A DNA stretch of 64,000 nt from Candidatus Omnitrophota bacterium (GTDB lineage: Bacteria; Omnitrophota; Gorgyraeia; Pluralincolimonadales; Pluralincolimonadaceae). A model generated the notes under the pieces. The model made no database searches. It saw nothing but the letters and a program-made list of their open reading frames with translations, and was not told where the DNA came from. Positions 49,014 to 58,623 of the stretch are shown here, piece by piece. Both the position numbers and the translations under genes were made by a program. The DNA is taken from contig JBAZFB010000004.1 of the NCBI GenBank assembly GCA_041653595.1, forward strand, positions 14,757 through 78,756, written 5' to 3'. Position 1 is the stretch's first letter. The number at the start of each line of letters is the position of its first letter.

Positions 49014-50567
49014 TTGGGACCCGGCTTTCCACAGGTGAAAAAGTATATTTTCGTTGCCATAACAGGGGTGGCCCTTTTTGCCATAATAAAAGGGTCACCT
49101 CTCTATTGCAGGTCTTCCGAGCGCCTCTCCGATTACGATACCCTTTTTTCCGAAGGCCAAAAATCGAAGAGCGCCGATACGAAGTCCTATGCCCATTTTC
49201 TCATGGGCAACATGCTCGACAACGAATCGAAGTTCGAGCAGGCCATCGAGGAATACAAGAAGGCCCTGCAGCAGGACCCCAAGTCCTCGACCATAAATAC
49301 GTGCATAGCGCTCGATTACATCCGGCTCAACAAGTCCGAGGATGCGGAGAAATACCTCAATATCGCGATCGAGAGCGACCCTTCGGACGTCAATGCCCGC
49401 TTTACCCTCGCCCTCCTCTACACGATAACGAAGAAATTCGATAAGGCCGCCCAGCAATATGAGGAGATAGTAAAAAAGGATCCGCACGACATCAAAGCCC
49501 TCGCCTCGCTCGCCGATCTTTACGTAGTCCAGAAAAAGATAGAGGAAGCCGCCAAGGTTTACGAGGACATCCTCAAGGAAGGCAAGGAGTCGGGGCTGAT
49601 ACATTTTACGCTGGGGATCTTTTACACGAAGTTAGGGAAATATGACGATGCGCTCAAGCATTTCGACGCGGCTGTAAAGCTCAGTCCCGATTATGCCGAA
49701 GCGCGCCTGAGCAGGGCGATAATCTGGGAACTTAAGGGCGATTACCCCAAGGCGATAGAGGACTACAAGAAGACCCTCGAGGCCGAGCCCCTGAACACGA
49801 AGATATACGCCTTGCTTGCGCACGCGTATTACCGCGCCGGAAAAATTGAGGACTCGATCGCGACCTATAAACTTATCATCGGCCTCGCGCCGGATAAGAT
49901 AGACGGTTATCTTGAGCTCGCATATGTCTATCTAAATGAAAAGAAGCCGGACGAAGCTCTTAGCCTCCTTGATAAGGCGTCCGTTATAAAAAATGAGCCG
50001 CGCGCCAACCTGGCCTTTATAGTAAAAGGGATGGCCTATTCGCAGAAGAAGATGCCGGAGGAAGCCATAGCCGCCTATAAGCGGGCGGTAGAACTCGCGC
50101 CGAAGGATGCCGAAGGATATTTTTATTTAGCCTCAGTTTACGAAAGCAGCGGGGATAAAGCGCTCGCCATAGAAGAATTAAAAAAGGCGATCACGCTCAA
50201 CCCCGGGCATGCCGACGCGCTTAACTTTTTAGGCTATATGTACGCCGAAGGCGGGACAAATCTCGACGAGGCGATAAGCCTGATCAAGCGCGCTATCGAT
50301 ATAAGCCCGAATAACGGCGCCTATATAGACAGCCTCGGCTGGGCATATTTCAAGAAGGGGATGACCGACGAGGCGATAGACCAGCTCGAGAAGGCGATAT
50401 CCATTTACGGGAAAGATTCGATACTCTATGACCACCTTGGGGACGCGTATTACAAGAAAGGCCTGACGGCGAAGGCGGAGGACGCCTGGAAGAAGTCGCT
50501 GGAATTGAAAGCCGACCAGCCGTCGATCAAAGAGAAGCTCGAAAGATCGCAGAAAGCCCGGAGATAA
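49014..50567 (+). CDS. TPR-repeat protein with an N-terminal signal/anchor.
   Basis: More than 10 TPR units (e.g. AEGYFYLASVYESSGDKALAIEELKKAITLNPGHADALNFLGYMY). Start is uncertain: the ORF track uses TTG 49014. GTG 49035 would give the signal-like MKKYIFVAITGVALFAII. Confidence 0.8.
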   Translation: MGPGFPQVKKYIFVAITGVALFAIIKGSPLYCRSSERLSDYDTLFSEGQKSKSADTKSYAHFLMGNMLDNESKFEQAIEEYKKALQQDPKSSTINTCIALDYIRLNKSEDAEKYLNIAIESDPSDVNARFTLALLYTITKKFDKAAQQYEEIVKKDPHDIKALASLADLYVVQKKIEEAAKVYEDILKEGKESGLIHFTLGIFYTKLGKYDDALKHFDAAVKLSPDYAEARLSRAIIWELKGDYPKAIEDYKKTLEAEPLNTKIYALLAHAYYRAGKIEDSIATYKLIIGLAPDKIDGYLELAYVYLNEKKPDEALSLLDKASVIKNEPRANLAFIVKGMAYSQKKMPEEAIAAYKRAVELAPKDAEGYFYLASVYESSGDKALAIEELKKAITLNPGHADALNFLGYMYAEGGTNLDEAISLIKRAIDISPNNGAYIDSLGWAYFKKGMTDEAIDQLEKAISIYGKDSILYDHLGDAYYKKGLTAKAEDAWKKSLELKADQPSIKEKLERSQKARR

Positions 50568-51397
50568 TGGCAAGACCAAGCCTCGACCAGTTAAAAGATG
50601 CGGCTAAAGTGATAAGGAAAGACGTCCTGACGATGCTTTCGGAGGCGGGGTCCGGACATACGTCCGGCTCGCTCTCATGCGTCGAGATCGTCGTAGCCCT
50701 TTACTATTATAAATTGCGTTATGACCCCAAGAATATCAAATGGCCGGAGAGGGACAGGTTCGTCCTTTCGAAGGGTCACACCTGCCCGACGCTCTACGCG
50801 GTGCTCGCGCGCAGGGGATTCTTCCCGTGCGAAACCCTCATGACCGTGCGCAAGCGCGGTTCGATACTCCAGGGGCACGCGAGCCTCAACACGCCGGGCT
50901 GCGAGGCCTCGACCGGCTCGCTCGGACAGGGACTCTCCATCTCAGACGGGATGGCGTTATCCGCGCGCATGGACTTCAAGGATTACAGGGTATATTGCCT
51001 GTTGGGCGACGGCGAGCTTGACGAAGGGCAGGTATGGGAAGCCGCTATGACCGCCGCGCATTATAAGCTCGACAACCTCTGCGCCATCATAGACCTCAAC
51101 AAGCAGCAGATAGACGGTTGGACGAGCGACATCAAGAACCTCGAGCCGGTAAAAGACAAATGGCTTGCTTTCGGCTGGCACGTCATAGAGATAGACGGCC
51201 ATGATTTCAAGCAGATAATGGACGCGCTCGATAAGGCCGAGATGATAAAAGGGAAACCTACGGTGATAATAGCGCATACGGTAAAGGGCAAGGGCGTCTC
51301 GTTCATCGAGAAGAACGCGCCCGGATACCACGGCACGGCGGTCAAGAAGGCCGACCTTGAAAAGGCGCTGAAAGAAATAGAAGAGGGCCTTAAATAA
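50567..51397 (+). CDS. Transketolase, N-terminal (TPP-binding) section of a split enzyme.
   Basis: 'GSGHTSGSLSCVEIVVALYY' and 'GSLGQGLS…GDGELDEGQVWEA' are the TPP-binding motifs. Confidence 0.9.
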   Translation: MARPSLDQLKDAAKVIRKDVLTMLSEAGSGHTSGSLSCVEIVVALYYYKLRYDPKNIKWPERDRFVLSKGHTCPTLYAVLARRGFFPCETLMTVRKRGSILQGHASLNTPGCEASTGSLGQGLSISDGMALSARMDFKDYRVYCLLGDGELDEGQVWEAAMTAAHYKLDNLCAIIDLNKQQIDGWTSDIKNLEPVKDKWLAFGWHVIEIDGHDFKQIMDALDKAEMIKGKPTVIIAHTVKGKGVSFIEKNAPGYHGTAVKKADLEKALKEIEEGLK

Positions 51398-52339
51398 ATG
51401 GCTGTAATTAAACCCACGCGCGACGGATTCGGCGAGGCGCTGGTCGAGCTCGGGAGGTCCAACAAGGACGTCGTAGTATTGTCCGCGGACCTTACCGCTT
51501 CGGTGCGCGCCAATTGGTTCAGGGATAAATATCCGGAGAGATTCTTCGATTTCGGCGTGGCCGAGCAGGATATGATATCCACTGCCGCCGGTTTCGCGTT
51601 GAGCGGCAAAGTCCCGTTCGCGTGCACGTTCGGCGTCTTCGCCTCGGGCCGCGCATGGGACCAGATACGGCTTTCGGTCTGCTACATGAATTTGAACGTC
51701 AAGATCGCGGGCAGCCACGGCGGGATATCGGTAGGCCCTGACGGCGCCTCGCACCAGGCGCTGGAAGAGATAACGCTTATGCGCGTCCTTCCGAACATGA
51801 CCGTGATCGTGCCGTGCGATTCCGAAGAGGCCCGCCTCGCGACACTCGCGGCCGCTTCGCATCCCGGACCGGTATACTTAAGGCTTGGGCGCGAACCCTG
51901 CCCGGTAATAACCGACTATAAGGATACTTACAAGATAGGCAGGGCCCTGCGCATGGCCGACGGTTCCGATCTCACTATAATAGGGACCGGTATTATGGTA
52001 CATGAAGCGCTGAAGGCGAGAGACGACCTCAAGAAACAGGGAGTGTCGGCTCGAGTAATAAATCTCCATACGGTAAAGCCGATAGATAAGGAAGAAATAA
52101 TAAAGGCCGCGAAGGAGACAAGGGCTATCGTCACCGCCGAGGAGCATACGATCGCAGGCGGTATGGGAAGCGCTGTCGCCGAAGTGTTGGCCGAGAATTG
52201 CCCGGTCCCGATGCGCATGGTGGGAATGAAGGACCGTTTCGGCGAATCCGGCGAGGCCCTTGAGCTCATGAAGTATTTCGGCCTTACCGCCGAGGGCATC
52301 GTGAAAGCGGCGCTTGAACTCCTTAAAACCAAAAAGTAA
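51398..52339 (+). CDS. Transketolase, C-terminal (pyrimidine-binding) section of a split enzyme.
   Basis: 'FGVAEQDMISTAAGFA…' and 'AGSHGGISVGPDGASHQALEEI'. ATG 1 nt after the upstream stop. Confidence 0.9.
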   Translation: MAVIKPTRDGFGEALVELGRSNKDVVVLSADLTASVRANWFRDKYPERFFDFGVAEQDMISTAAGFALSGKVPFACTFGVFASGRAWDQIRLSVCYMNLNVKIAGSHGGISVGPDGASHQALEEITLMRVLPNMTVIVPCDSEEARLATLAAASHPGPVYLRLGREPCPVITDYKDTYKIGRALRMADGSDLTIIGTGIMVHEALKARDDLKKQGVSARVINLHTVKPIDKEEIIKAAKETRAIVTAEEHTIAGGMGSAVAEVLAENCPVPMRMVGMKDRFGESGEALELMKYFGLTAEGIVKAALELLKTKK

Positions 52340-53199
52340 TGCCTATGATCAACCTGAAGCCTCCCGCGAAGATAAATCTTTACCTTAAAGTCCTGCGCAA
52401 GCGGCCCGACGGCTATCACGATATCGAGACCGTCTTCGAGCGCATAGACCTCTGCGACGAGCTTACCCTGAAGCCGATACCCGAAGATATTGTGGTCAAA
52501 TGCGATGACCCACAAGTGCCTTGTGATAAGCGCAACCTCATATACAGGGCCGCGCAGATGCTCAGGGAAAAATGCGGAGTATTGGACGGGGTGGAGATGA
52601 CCTTAAAGAAGAATATCCCGGTCGCCGCCGGGTTAGGCGGCGCCAGCTCGGATTGCGCCTACGCCTTGCGCGGCCTGAACGAGCTGTGGAACTTAAAACT
52701 TAATAAAAGTCAATTATTTGAGATAGGCGGCGCCATAGGGGCTGATGTCGCCTTCTTTTTGCTCGATTGCGGGAGAGCGATAGGCCGCGAAAGAGGCGAA
52801 ATCCTCGAGCCGTTGCCCAAGGGCAACGGCTTTTGGTATCTCCTTGTGAATCCCGGGTTTCCGGTGCTGGCAAAAGAAGCCTATGAGGGCCTAAATTTGG
52901 GCTTGACTTCGGCCCCTTCTGATAGTAGAATTAACCCTGCTCGCCTCAAAGAGATAAGATTTGGGGGCCTTAAGGATCTTTTGTTTAATAGCTTGGAAGT
53001 CCCGGTTGAACGCAAGTTCAGCGCCATCTCCGAGATGAAATCTGCGATAAAAGAAGCGGGGCTCAGGTTTTCGATAATGAGCGGCAGCGGACCTACTGTG
53101 TATGGGGTGGCTTCCGGTAAAGAGGAAGCTCTGGAAGCTAAGAGTAGGCTCATACTAAGGGAGGGCTGGCAGGCTTTTGTCGCGCAGACTTTGTGGTAA
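52339..53199 (+). CDS. ispE: 4-diphosphocytidyl-2-C-methyl-D-erythritol kinase.
   Basis: 'PAKINLYLKVLRKRPDGYHDIETVF' and the GHMP kinase motif 'PVAAGLGGASSDCAYAL'. TAATG overlap with the tkt-C stop. An alternative ATG lies at 52345. Confidence 0.85.
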   Translation: MPMINLKPPAKINLYLKVLRKRPDGYHDIETVFERIDLCDELTLKPIPEDIVVKCDDPQVPCDKRNLIYRAAQMLREKCGVLDGVEMTLKKNIPVAAGLGGASSDCAYALRGLNELWNLKLNKSQLFEIGGAIGADVAFFLLDCGRAIGRERGEILEPLPKGNGFWYLLVNPGFPVLAKEAYEGLNLGLTSAPSDSRINPARLKEIRFGGLKDLLFNSLEVPVERKFSAISEMKSAIKEAGLRFSIMSGSGPTVYGVASGKEEALEAKSRLILREGWQAFVAQTLW

Positions 53200-53258
53200 G
53201 CCAGTCATTTCTCGATCCCGCCGGGCGGGACTTCATCTGAGGTGGAAAGGAGCGGCAG

Positions 53259-53693
53259 ATGCAGATCACCGAGGTCAGGGTCTTCATGAAAGAGGGTCAG
53301 GATAGGAAGCTTAAGGCTTACGCCACGGTCACTTTCGACAATGCGTTTGTCGTCAGGAATATAAAGGTCATCGAGGGGCAGAAGGGCCTCTTCGTCGCGA
53401 TGCCGTCGAGGAAGATGAAGGAACCCTGCCCTAAATGCAATTTTAAGAACGTAGTGCGCTCCAAATATTGCAACAACTGCGGTTCCGCCCTGGATTGCAT
53501 CGCCCGTCAGGCGGCGAAGAGCCCGGAGGACGAGGCGAAGGAACGCCAGGCGGAACACAAAGACATAGCCCATCCTATCACGCTCGAATTCAGGGAGCTT
53601 ATCCAGAAGAAGGTCCTGGATGCCTTTGATGCCGAGAAGAAGAAGGGTCCTGTCCCAGCCAAAGGGGCGGAGTACGCAGAAGAAGAAGACTAA
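53259..53693 (+). CDS. spoVG: SpoVG family protein carrying a ~50-aa internal insertion with a CxxC…CxxC zinc-ribbon-like motif.
   Basis: 'MQITEVRVFMKEG…KLKAYATVTFDNAFVVRNIKVIEGQKGLFVAMPSRK' and later 'DIAHPITLEFRELIQKKV' match SpoVG. Between them lies 'MKEPCPKCNFKNVVRSKYCNNCGSALDCIARQAAKSPEDEAKERQAEHK', which is absent from canonical ~95-aa SpoVG. Confidence 0.8.
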   Translation: MQITEVRVFMKEGQDRKLKAYATVTFDNAFVVRNIKVIEGQKGLFVAMPSRKMKEPCPKCNFKNVVRSKYCNNCGSALDCIARQAAKSPEDEAKERQAEHKDIAHPITLEFRELIQKKVLDAFDAEKKKGPVPAKGAEYAEEED

Positions 53694-53713
53694 CCGCTAG
53701 TTTTATTTTCTTC

Positions 53714-53787
53714 TGCCCGGTAGTGTAAGGGTAGCACACGAGAATTTGGATCTCGGCGTTGAGGTTCGAATCCTCACCGGGCAACCA
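53714..53787 (+). tRNA. tRNA-Gln (anticodon TTG), CCA encoded.
   Basis: Cloverleaf folded by hand. Acceptor TGCCCGG/CCGGGCA. D-arm GTG…CAC with GG in the loop. Anticodon stem CGAGA/TCTCG with loop A-T-TTG-G-A. T-arm TGAGG-TTCGAAT-CCTCA. Discriminator A, then CCA. Confidence 0.7.
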
Positions 53788-53804
53788 ATGCGAGGCGAAT
53801 CGGA

Positions 53805-55061
53805 ATGACAGAGAGATGCTCGTTTTGCGGGAAATCCCGCGAAAAGGTCAAAAAATTGTTCTCAGGGCAGGGCGCGTATATCTGCGAGAGTTGCGTCAAG
53901 CTTTGCGGACAGATACTGTCCAGCGACGACGAAGAGGAGCTTAAACAGAAACGCGAGACCCGCGTCAAGGAACTTTTAAAGCCCGCCGAGTTAAAGCGCC
54001 AGCTCGACCAATACATCGTCGGACAGGAGCGCGCCAAGAGGCAGCTTTCCGTTGCCGTATATAACCATTACAAACGCATAGTCACGCAGGTCCAGAGCCG
54101 CGACGTCGAGTTCGAGAAGTCGAATGTCCTGCTTATCGGGCCGACCGGGTCCGGCAAGACGCTTTTGGCGAGGACGCTCGCGAAGGTCCTCGATGTGCCG
54201 TTTGCCCTGTGCGACGCCACGCCGTTGACAGAGGCCGGTTACGTAGGCGAGGACGTCGAGAACGTGCTCTTGCGCCTCCTCCAGGCGTGCAATTACGACG
54301 TAAAACGCGCGCAGCACGGAATAATATATATCGATGAGATAGATAAGATAGGGAAGACCCAGGAGAACGTCTCGGTCACGAGGGATGTCTCGGGCGAGGG
54401 CGTCCAGCAGGCGCTGTTAAAGATCCTGGAAGGGACGACCGCCAATGTCCCGCCCCAGGGCGGCAGGAAGCACCCTCAACAGGAATACATACAGGTCGAT
54501 ACGACCAACATACTTTTCATCTGCGGAGGGACTTTCTCTACCATTGACAAGATAATCGAGCGCAGGATAGGGAAGAAGACGATCGGCTTCAGCACATATC
54601 TCGAAGAGCCGCAGGCCAGCAAGGCCAAGAAGCTGGGAGACCTCCTTTCCCGCGTCGAGCCCGAGGACCTGTTGAAGTTCGGGATGATCCCGGAATTCGT
54701 CGGGCGCCTTCCGGTCGTCGCGACGCTCAACCCGCTTGACGAGAAGGACCTCGTTGAAGTCCTCATCAAGCCGAAGAATTCGCTGGTAAAGCAATATACG
54801 AAATTTTTCGAGATGGAGAACGTGAAACTTACGATCCCCGAAGATTCGCTTGTAGCGATCGCGAAAGAGGCCATGCATAAAGGCACCGGAGCGCGCGGCC
54901 TGCGTTCGATACTCGAAGAGATAATGTTCGAAGTGATGTATGATATTCCGTCGCAGAACGAGATCGCGGAGTGCGTAATCACGCCCGAATGCGTCACGCG
55001 CAAGACCATGCCCATACTCATCTCGCGCGGCGAAGACAAAGACAAACGTAAAATAGCTTAA
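53805..55061 (+). CDS. clpX: ATP-dependent Clp protease ATP-binding subunit ClpX.
   Basis: Zinc finger 'CSFCGKS…YICESC'. Walker A '[14 protein letters not shown]'. '[10 protein letters not shown]'. Confidence 0.95.
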   Translation: MTERCSFCGKSREKVKKLFSGQGAYICESCVKLCGQILSSDDEEELKQKRETRVKELLKPAELKRQLDQYIVGQERAKRQLSVAVYNHYKRIVTQVQSRDVEFEKSNVLLIGPTGSGKTLLARTLAKVLDVPFALCDATPLTEAGYVGEDVENVLLRLLQACNYDVKRAQHGIIYIDEIDKIGKTQENVSVTRDVSGEGVQQALLKILEGTTANVPPQGGRKHPQQEYIQVDTTNILFICGGTFSTIDKIIERRIGKKTIGFSTYLEEPQASKAKKLGDLLSRVEPEDLLKFGMIPEFVGRLPVVATLNPLDEKDLVEVLIKPKNSLVKQYTKFFEMENVKLTIPEDSLVAIAKEAMHKGTGARGLRSILEEIMFEVMYDIPSQNEIAECVITPECVTRKTMPILISRGEDKDKRKIA

Positions 55062-55077
55062 GGGATAAGAGCACAAA

Positions 55078-56349
55078 TTGAGCGGCTTCGGTTGTGTGAT
55101 CCTTGCCGCCGGCAAGGGAACGCGTTTCTATTCCGATATACCGAAAGTCCTGCATGACCTGAACGGGAAACCCGTCCTTCAGCATGTCCTGGACGCGGCG
55201 TCGGCATGCGGGTTCGAAAAGCCGGCCGTCGTGATAGGCCGCGGGGCCGGAGAGATCGGGCGTTTCCTTAAAGGTAAAGCCAGGCCCGTCGTCCAGGAGA
55301 GGCAGCTAGGCACGGCGGACGCGGTAAAGTCCGCGAAGAAAGAATTATCGCGGTTTGATAACATCGCGGTCCTTTACGGCGATGTCCCTCTCGTAAAGAA
55401 AGAGACCTTACGGTCTTTGGTAAGGCAGCATAAGGCTTTCGCGTCTTCCTGTACGGTCCTGACCGTCGAGATGGAAGACCCGTCCGGATACGGCAGGATC
55501 ATCCGCGGGATATCAGGCGGCGTGGAGGCTATCGTTGAGGATAAGGAGGCGACGGCGGAAGAGAAGCGGGTCCGCGAGATAAACGTCGGGCTCTATTGTT
55601 TCGACCGCAAAGACCTTTTTGAAGTCATTGACAGGGTGCAGAGATCGAAGGTCAAGAAGGAATTCTACCTGACCGACGTGATCGCTATCCTTCTGGAAGA
55701 CGGCAGGAAAGTCGGCGCATTCAAGACCGGCGATCCCGATGAGTCCATCGGGATCAACTCGAGGGCTGATTTGGCTAAGGCATATTCGATATTGAACCAA
55801 AGGAAAATAAAAGAACTTACCGGCGGGTCGGTCACCGTATTGGACCCGGCGACGACATTCATATCGCCGGAGGCGAAGATCGGCAGGGACACGGTAATAT
55901 ATCCCTTTACCTTTATCGAGAAGGATGTGGTCATAGGCAAGCGCTGCTCGATAGGGCCGTTCTGCAGGTTAAGGCCCGGCACGGCCATCGGTGACGGCGC
56001 CGAGATCGGGAATTTTGTCGAGATCGTCCGTTCGAAGATCGGCTCCAAGTCGAAGGCCAAGCACCTGACTTACCTCGGCGATACCGTCGTCGGCAAAGGC
56101 GCTAACGTGGGATGCGGCACGATAACGGCCAACTACGACGGGAAGAGGAAGAGCAAGACTGTAATAGGGGATAAGGCTTTTGTCGGGAGCGGCACGATAC
56201 TGGTCGCCCCGGTCAAGATCGGGAACGGCGCCGCAACAGGCGCGGGAAGCGTCGTCTTAAAAAATAAAAACATCCCGGCAGGGGCTGTCGTCGTGGGAGT
56301 GCCGGCGAGGATACTGGATAAATCCAAAAAGGCAAAGGGCAAAAGATGA
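55078..56349 (+). CDS. glmU: Bifunctional UDP-N-acetylglucosamine pyrophosphorylase / glucosamine-1-phosphate N-acetyltransferase.
   Basis: 'VILAAGKGTRFYSDIPKVLH' nucleotidyltransferase motif and C-terminal left-handed beta-helix hexapeptide repeats. TTG start per the ORF track. GTG at 55093 is an alternative. Confidence 0.85.
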   Translation: MSGFGCVILAAGKGTRFYSDIPKVLHDLNGKPVLQHVLDAASACGFEKPAVVIGRGAGEIGRFLKGKARPVVQERQLGTADAVKSAKKELSRFDNIAVLYGDVPLVKKETLRSLVRQHKAFASSCTVLTVEMEDPSGYGRIIRGISGGVEAIVEDKEATAEEKRVREINVGLYCFDRKDLFEVIDRVQRSKVKKEFYLTDVIAILLEDGRKVGAFKTGDPDESIGINSRADLAKAYSILNQRKIKELTGGSVTVLDPATTFISPEAKIGRDTVIYPFTFIEKDVVIGKRCSIGPFCRLRPGTAIGDGAEIGNFVEIVRSKIGSKSKAKHLTYLGDTVVGKGANVGCGTITANYDGKRKSKTVIGDKAFVGSGTILVAPVKIGNGAATGAGSVVLKNKNIPAGAVVVGVPARILDKSKKAKGKR

Positions 56350-57302
56350 AGAACAATAAGGAGATACTGGTATTTTCCGGCAACGCGAATCGCGATCTGG
56401 CGAAGAAGATCTGCAACTACCTTAAGGTCCAGTTAGGCAACGCCCAGGTCGACAGGTTCAACGACGGCGAGGTAAGGATAAGGATCGCCGAGGACGTAAG
56501 GGGCCGGGACGTATTCATCGTCCAGCCGACATGCAATCCGGTAAACGACAATCTGATGGAATTATTGATAATGATAGACGCCATAAAGCGCTCGTCGGCG
56601 AGGCGCATCACCGCGGTCATGCCTTATTACGGATACAGCAGGCAGGACAGGAAGGACCGCCCGCGCGTCCCGATCACGGCGAAGTTGGTCGCCAACCTCA
56701 TAACCGTCGCCGGCGCGAACCGCGTACTGACGATGGACCTGCACGCCGGACAGATACAGGGATTTTTCGATATACCGCTCGATAACCTCTTCGCGGTAAA
56801 CACATTCATGAGGCATTTCGAGAAGATGCACCTTCCTAACCTCGTCGTAGTCTCGCCTGATGTCGGCGGCATGAAGATGGCGCGCGCTTACGCGAAGAAA
56901 TTCAAGGCGGGCCTGGCTGTCGTAGATAAGAGGCGGATAAACGACAAGGAAGCCGAGGTAATGAATATAATGGGCGAGGTCAAAGGCAAGAACGTCTGCC
57001 TTATCGATGACCTCGTCGCTACGGCCGGGACCCTGGTAGAGGCGGTCGCGGCGCTCAAGAACGCCGGGGCAAGGAAGGTCTTTGCCGCGGCCACTCATGC
57101 CGTCTTGTCAGGGCCGGCCATAGAGAGGATAGAAAATTCCGAACTCGAGGAATTGATAGTGACCGACACGATACCCATACCCAGGGAGAAGCTGATCCCG
57201 CGGATAAAAGTGTTATCGGTGGGGCCGCTTTTGGGACAGGCGATAGAGAGGATACACTACGAGAAATCGATAAGCACATTATTCGAGAAAGTGTACCAAT
57301 AA
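56346..57302 (+). CDS. prs: Ribose-phosphate pyrophosphokinase.
   Basis: 'ILVFSGNANRDLAKKI…RFNDGEVRIRI' and the PRPP-binding 'CLIDDLVATAGTL'. Confidence 0.95.
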   Translation: MKNNKEILVFSGNANRDLAKKICNYLKVQLGNAQVDRFNDGEVRIRIAEDVRGRDVFIVQPTCNPVNDNLMELLIMIDAIKRSSARRITAVMPYYGYSRQDRKDRPRVPITAKLVANLITVAGANRVLTMDLHAGQIQGFFDIPLDNLFAVNTFMRHFEKMHLPNLVVVSPDVGGMKMARAYAKKFKAGLAVVDKRRINDKEAEVMNIMGEVKGKNVCLIDDLVATAGTLVEAVAALKNAGARKVFAAATHAVLSGPAIERIENSELEELIVTDTIPIPREKLIPRIKVLSVGPLLGQAIERIHYEKSISTLFEKVYQ

Positions 57303-57319
57303 AAGGAGAAAGAAGTTAA

Positions 57320-58033
57320 ATGGAACAGGTAAAACTGGAAGCTAAGGCAAGGAAGGAACTCGGCAAAGAAATAGTAAAGCGCGAACGCGTAAAGGGGATA
57401 ATCCCCGCCGTCGTCTACAGGAAGGGCGAGAAGTCCATGCCGCTTTTCCTCGACAGGAAAGCGATGGATAAGGCGCTCCATACCTCGGCCGGAGAGAACG
57501 CCCTCATCAACCTCAAGATCGAGGGCGATGAGAAGGCGAAGGCCAAGACCTGCATCATAAAAGAGATCCAGCATGACCCGCTGAGCGGCCACATATTGCA
57601 CGTCGATTTCAACGAGATCTCGTTGACCGAGGAGATCAAGGTGAACGTGCCCCTCTCCTCGAAGGGCGAGTCTGTCGGCGTGAAACAGGAAGGCGGCGTG
57701 CTCGAGCATCTCCTCTGGGAGATCCAGGTCGAGTGCTTGCCTACCGATATCCCGCAGAAACTTGAGGTCGATGTCAGCAACATGAAGATAGGCGACGCGC
57801 TTTTCATAAAGGATATAGTCGCGCCTAAGGGCGTAAAGATCCTCAACGACCCCGACGTCAGGATCTTCGCGGTCGAGAAACCGATAGAGATCATGCCTGA
57901 GGAAGTCGCTGCCGCTGCAGAGACCGCTCCGGCCGAACCCGAAGTCCTGAAGCAGAAGAAACCCGAAGAGATCGCCGCGGAAGAGGCAGCTAAAGCCGCA
58001 GCGAAGGCCAAGGAGAAAGAGAAGAAGGAATAA
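57320..58033 (+). CDS. rplY: 50S ribosomal protein bL25 / general stress protein Ctc, with an A/E/K-rich C-terminal tail.
   Basis: 'LEAKARKELGKEIVKRERVKGIIPAVVYRKGEKSMPLFLD' is the L25/Ctc N-domain. Confidence 0.9.
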   Translation: MEQVKLEAKARKELGKEIVKRERVKGIIPAVVYRKGEKSMPLFLDRKAMDKALHTSAGENALINLKIEGDEKAKAKTCIIKEIQHDPLSGHILHVDFNEISLTEEIKVNVPLSSKGESVGVKQEGGVLEHLLWEIQVECLPTDIPQKLEVDVSNMKIGDALFIKDIVAPKGVKILNDPDVRIFAVEKPIEIMPEEVAAAAETAPAEPEVLKQKKPEEIAAEEAAKAAAKAKEKEKKE

Positions 58034-58044
58034 CGGTCAACGGG

Positions 58045-58623
58045 ATGAAAGTGATCATCGGCCTCGGGAATCCCGGGAAGAGATACGAAAAGACTCGGCA
58101 CAACGTGGGCTTCATGGTTGCGTCCGCGCTGGCCGGCATCCACGGCATAAGGTTAAATACGAAGGCGTTCAATTCGCTCATTGGAAGAGGCAGGATGTTA
58201 GGGGAGGAAGTGACCATAGCGCTTCCCCAGACCTATATGAACAGGTCCGGAGAGGCTGTCAGGGCGATACTCTCGCGCAGGAAGACCGAGCTTTGCGACC
58301 TGCTCGTTATCTGCGATGACGTCAACCTCTCTCTCGGGATCACGCGCATAAGGGCTGACGGCTCTGCCGGAGGCCACAACGGCCTCGCTTCAATAATAGA
58401 GTGCCTCGGAAGCGGCGATTTCGCGAGGCTTAGGGTCGGCATAGGCAAAGAAACGCAAAGCGCCGGCCTGAGCGGATATGTCCTCTCGACTTTCAAGAAA
58501 TTTGAAGAAGCGATCCTAGACGAAGCAGTGGAAACTTCCGTCGATTGTTGCGAAACATGGCTCAAGGGCGGCGTAGAACGCGCCGCGACTCAGTTCAATC
58601 TGAAGAATAGAAAGGAAGGATAG
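58045..58623 (+). CDS. pth: Peptidyl-tRNA hydrolase.
   Basis: 'MKVIIGLGNPGKRYEKTRHNVGFMV' and 'GHNGL' motif. Confidence 0.95.
   Translation: MKVIIGLGNPGKRYEKTRHNVGFMVASALAGIHGIRLNTKAFNSLIGRGRMLGEEVTIALPQTYMNRSGEAVRAILSRRKTELCDLLVICDDVNLSLGITRIRADGSAGGHNGLASIIECLGSGDFARLRVGIGKETQSAGLSGYVLSTFKKFEEAILDEAVETSVDCCETWLKGGVERAATQFNLKNRKEG

Noticed and set aside
50957-51862. 301-aa minus-strand ORF opposite the transketolase halves
   Set aside because: Antisense across the tkt-N/tkt-C junction.
53200-53258. CCCGCCGGGCGGG GC-palindrome after ispE
   Set aside because: The stem cannot form a stable hairpin (loop of 1-3 nt) and there is no downstream T-tract. Not called as a terminator.
53759-53944. 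61-aa plus-strand ORF overlapping the tRNA-Gln 3' end and the clpX start
   Set aside because: Begins inside the tRNA and runs out of frame over the clpX zinc-finger codons. The clpX ATG at 53805 has a proper SD-like element, and its translation begins the CSFCGKS zinc finger.
57415-58143. 242-aa minus-strand ORF opposite rplY/pth
   Set aside because: Antisense across two ribosomal/translation genes.
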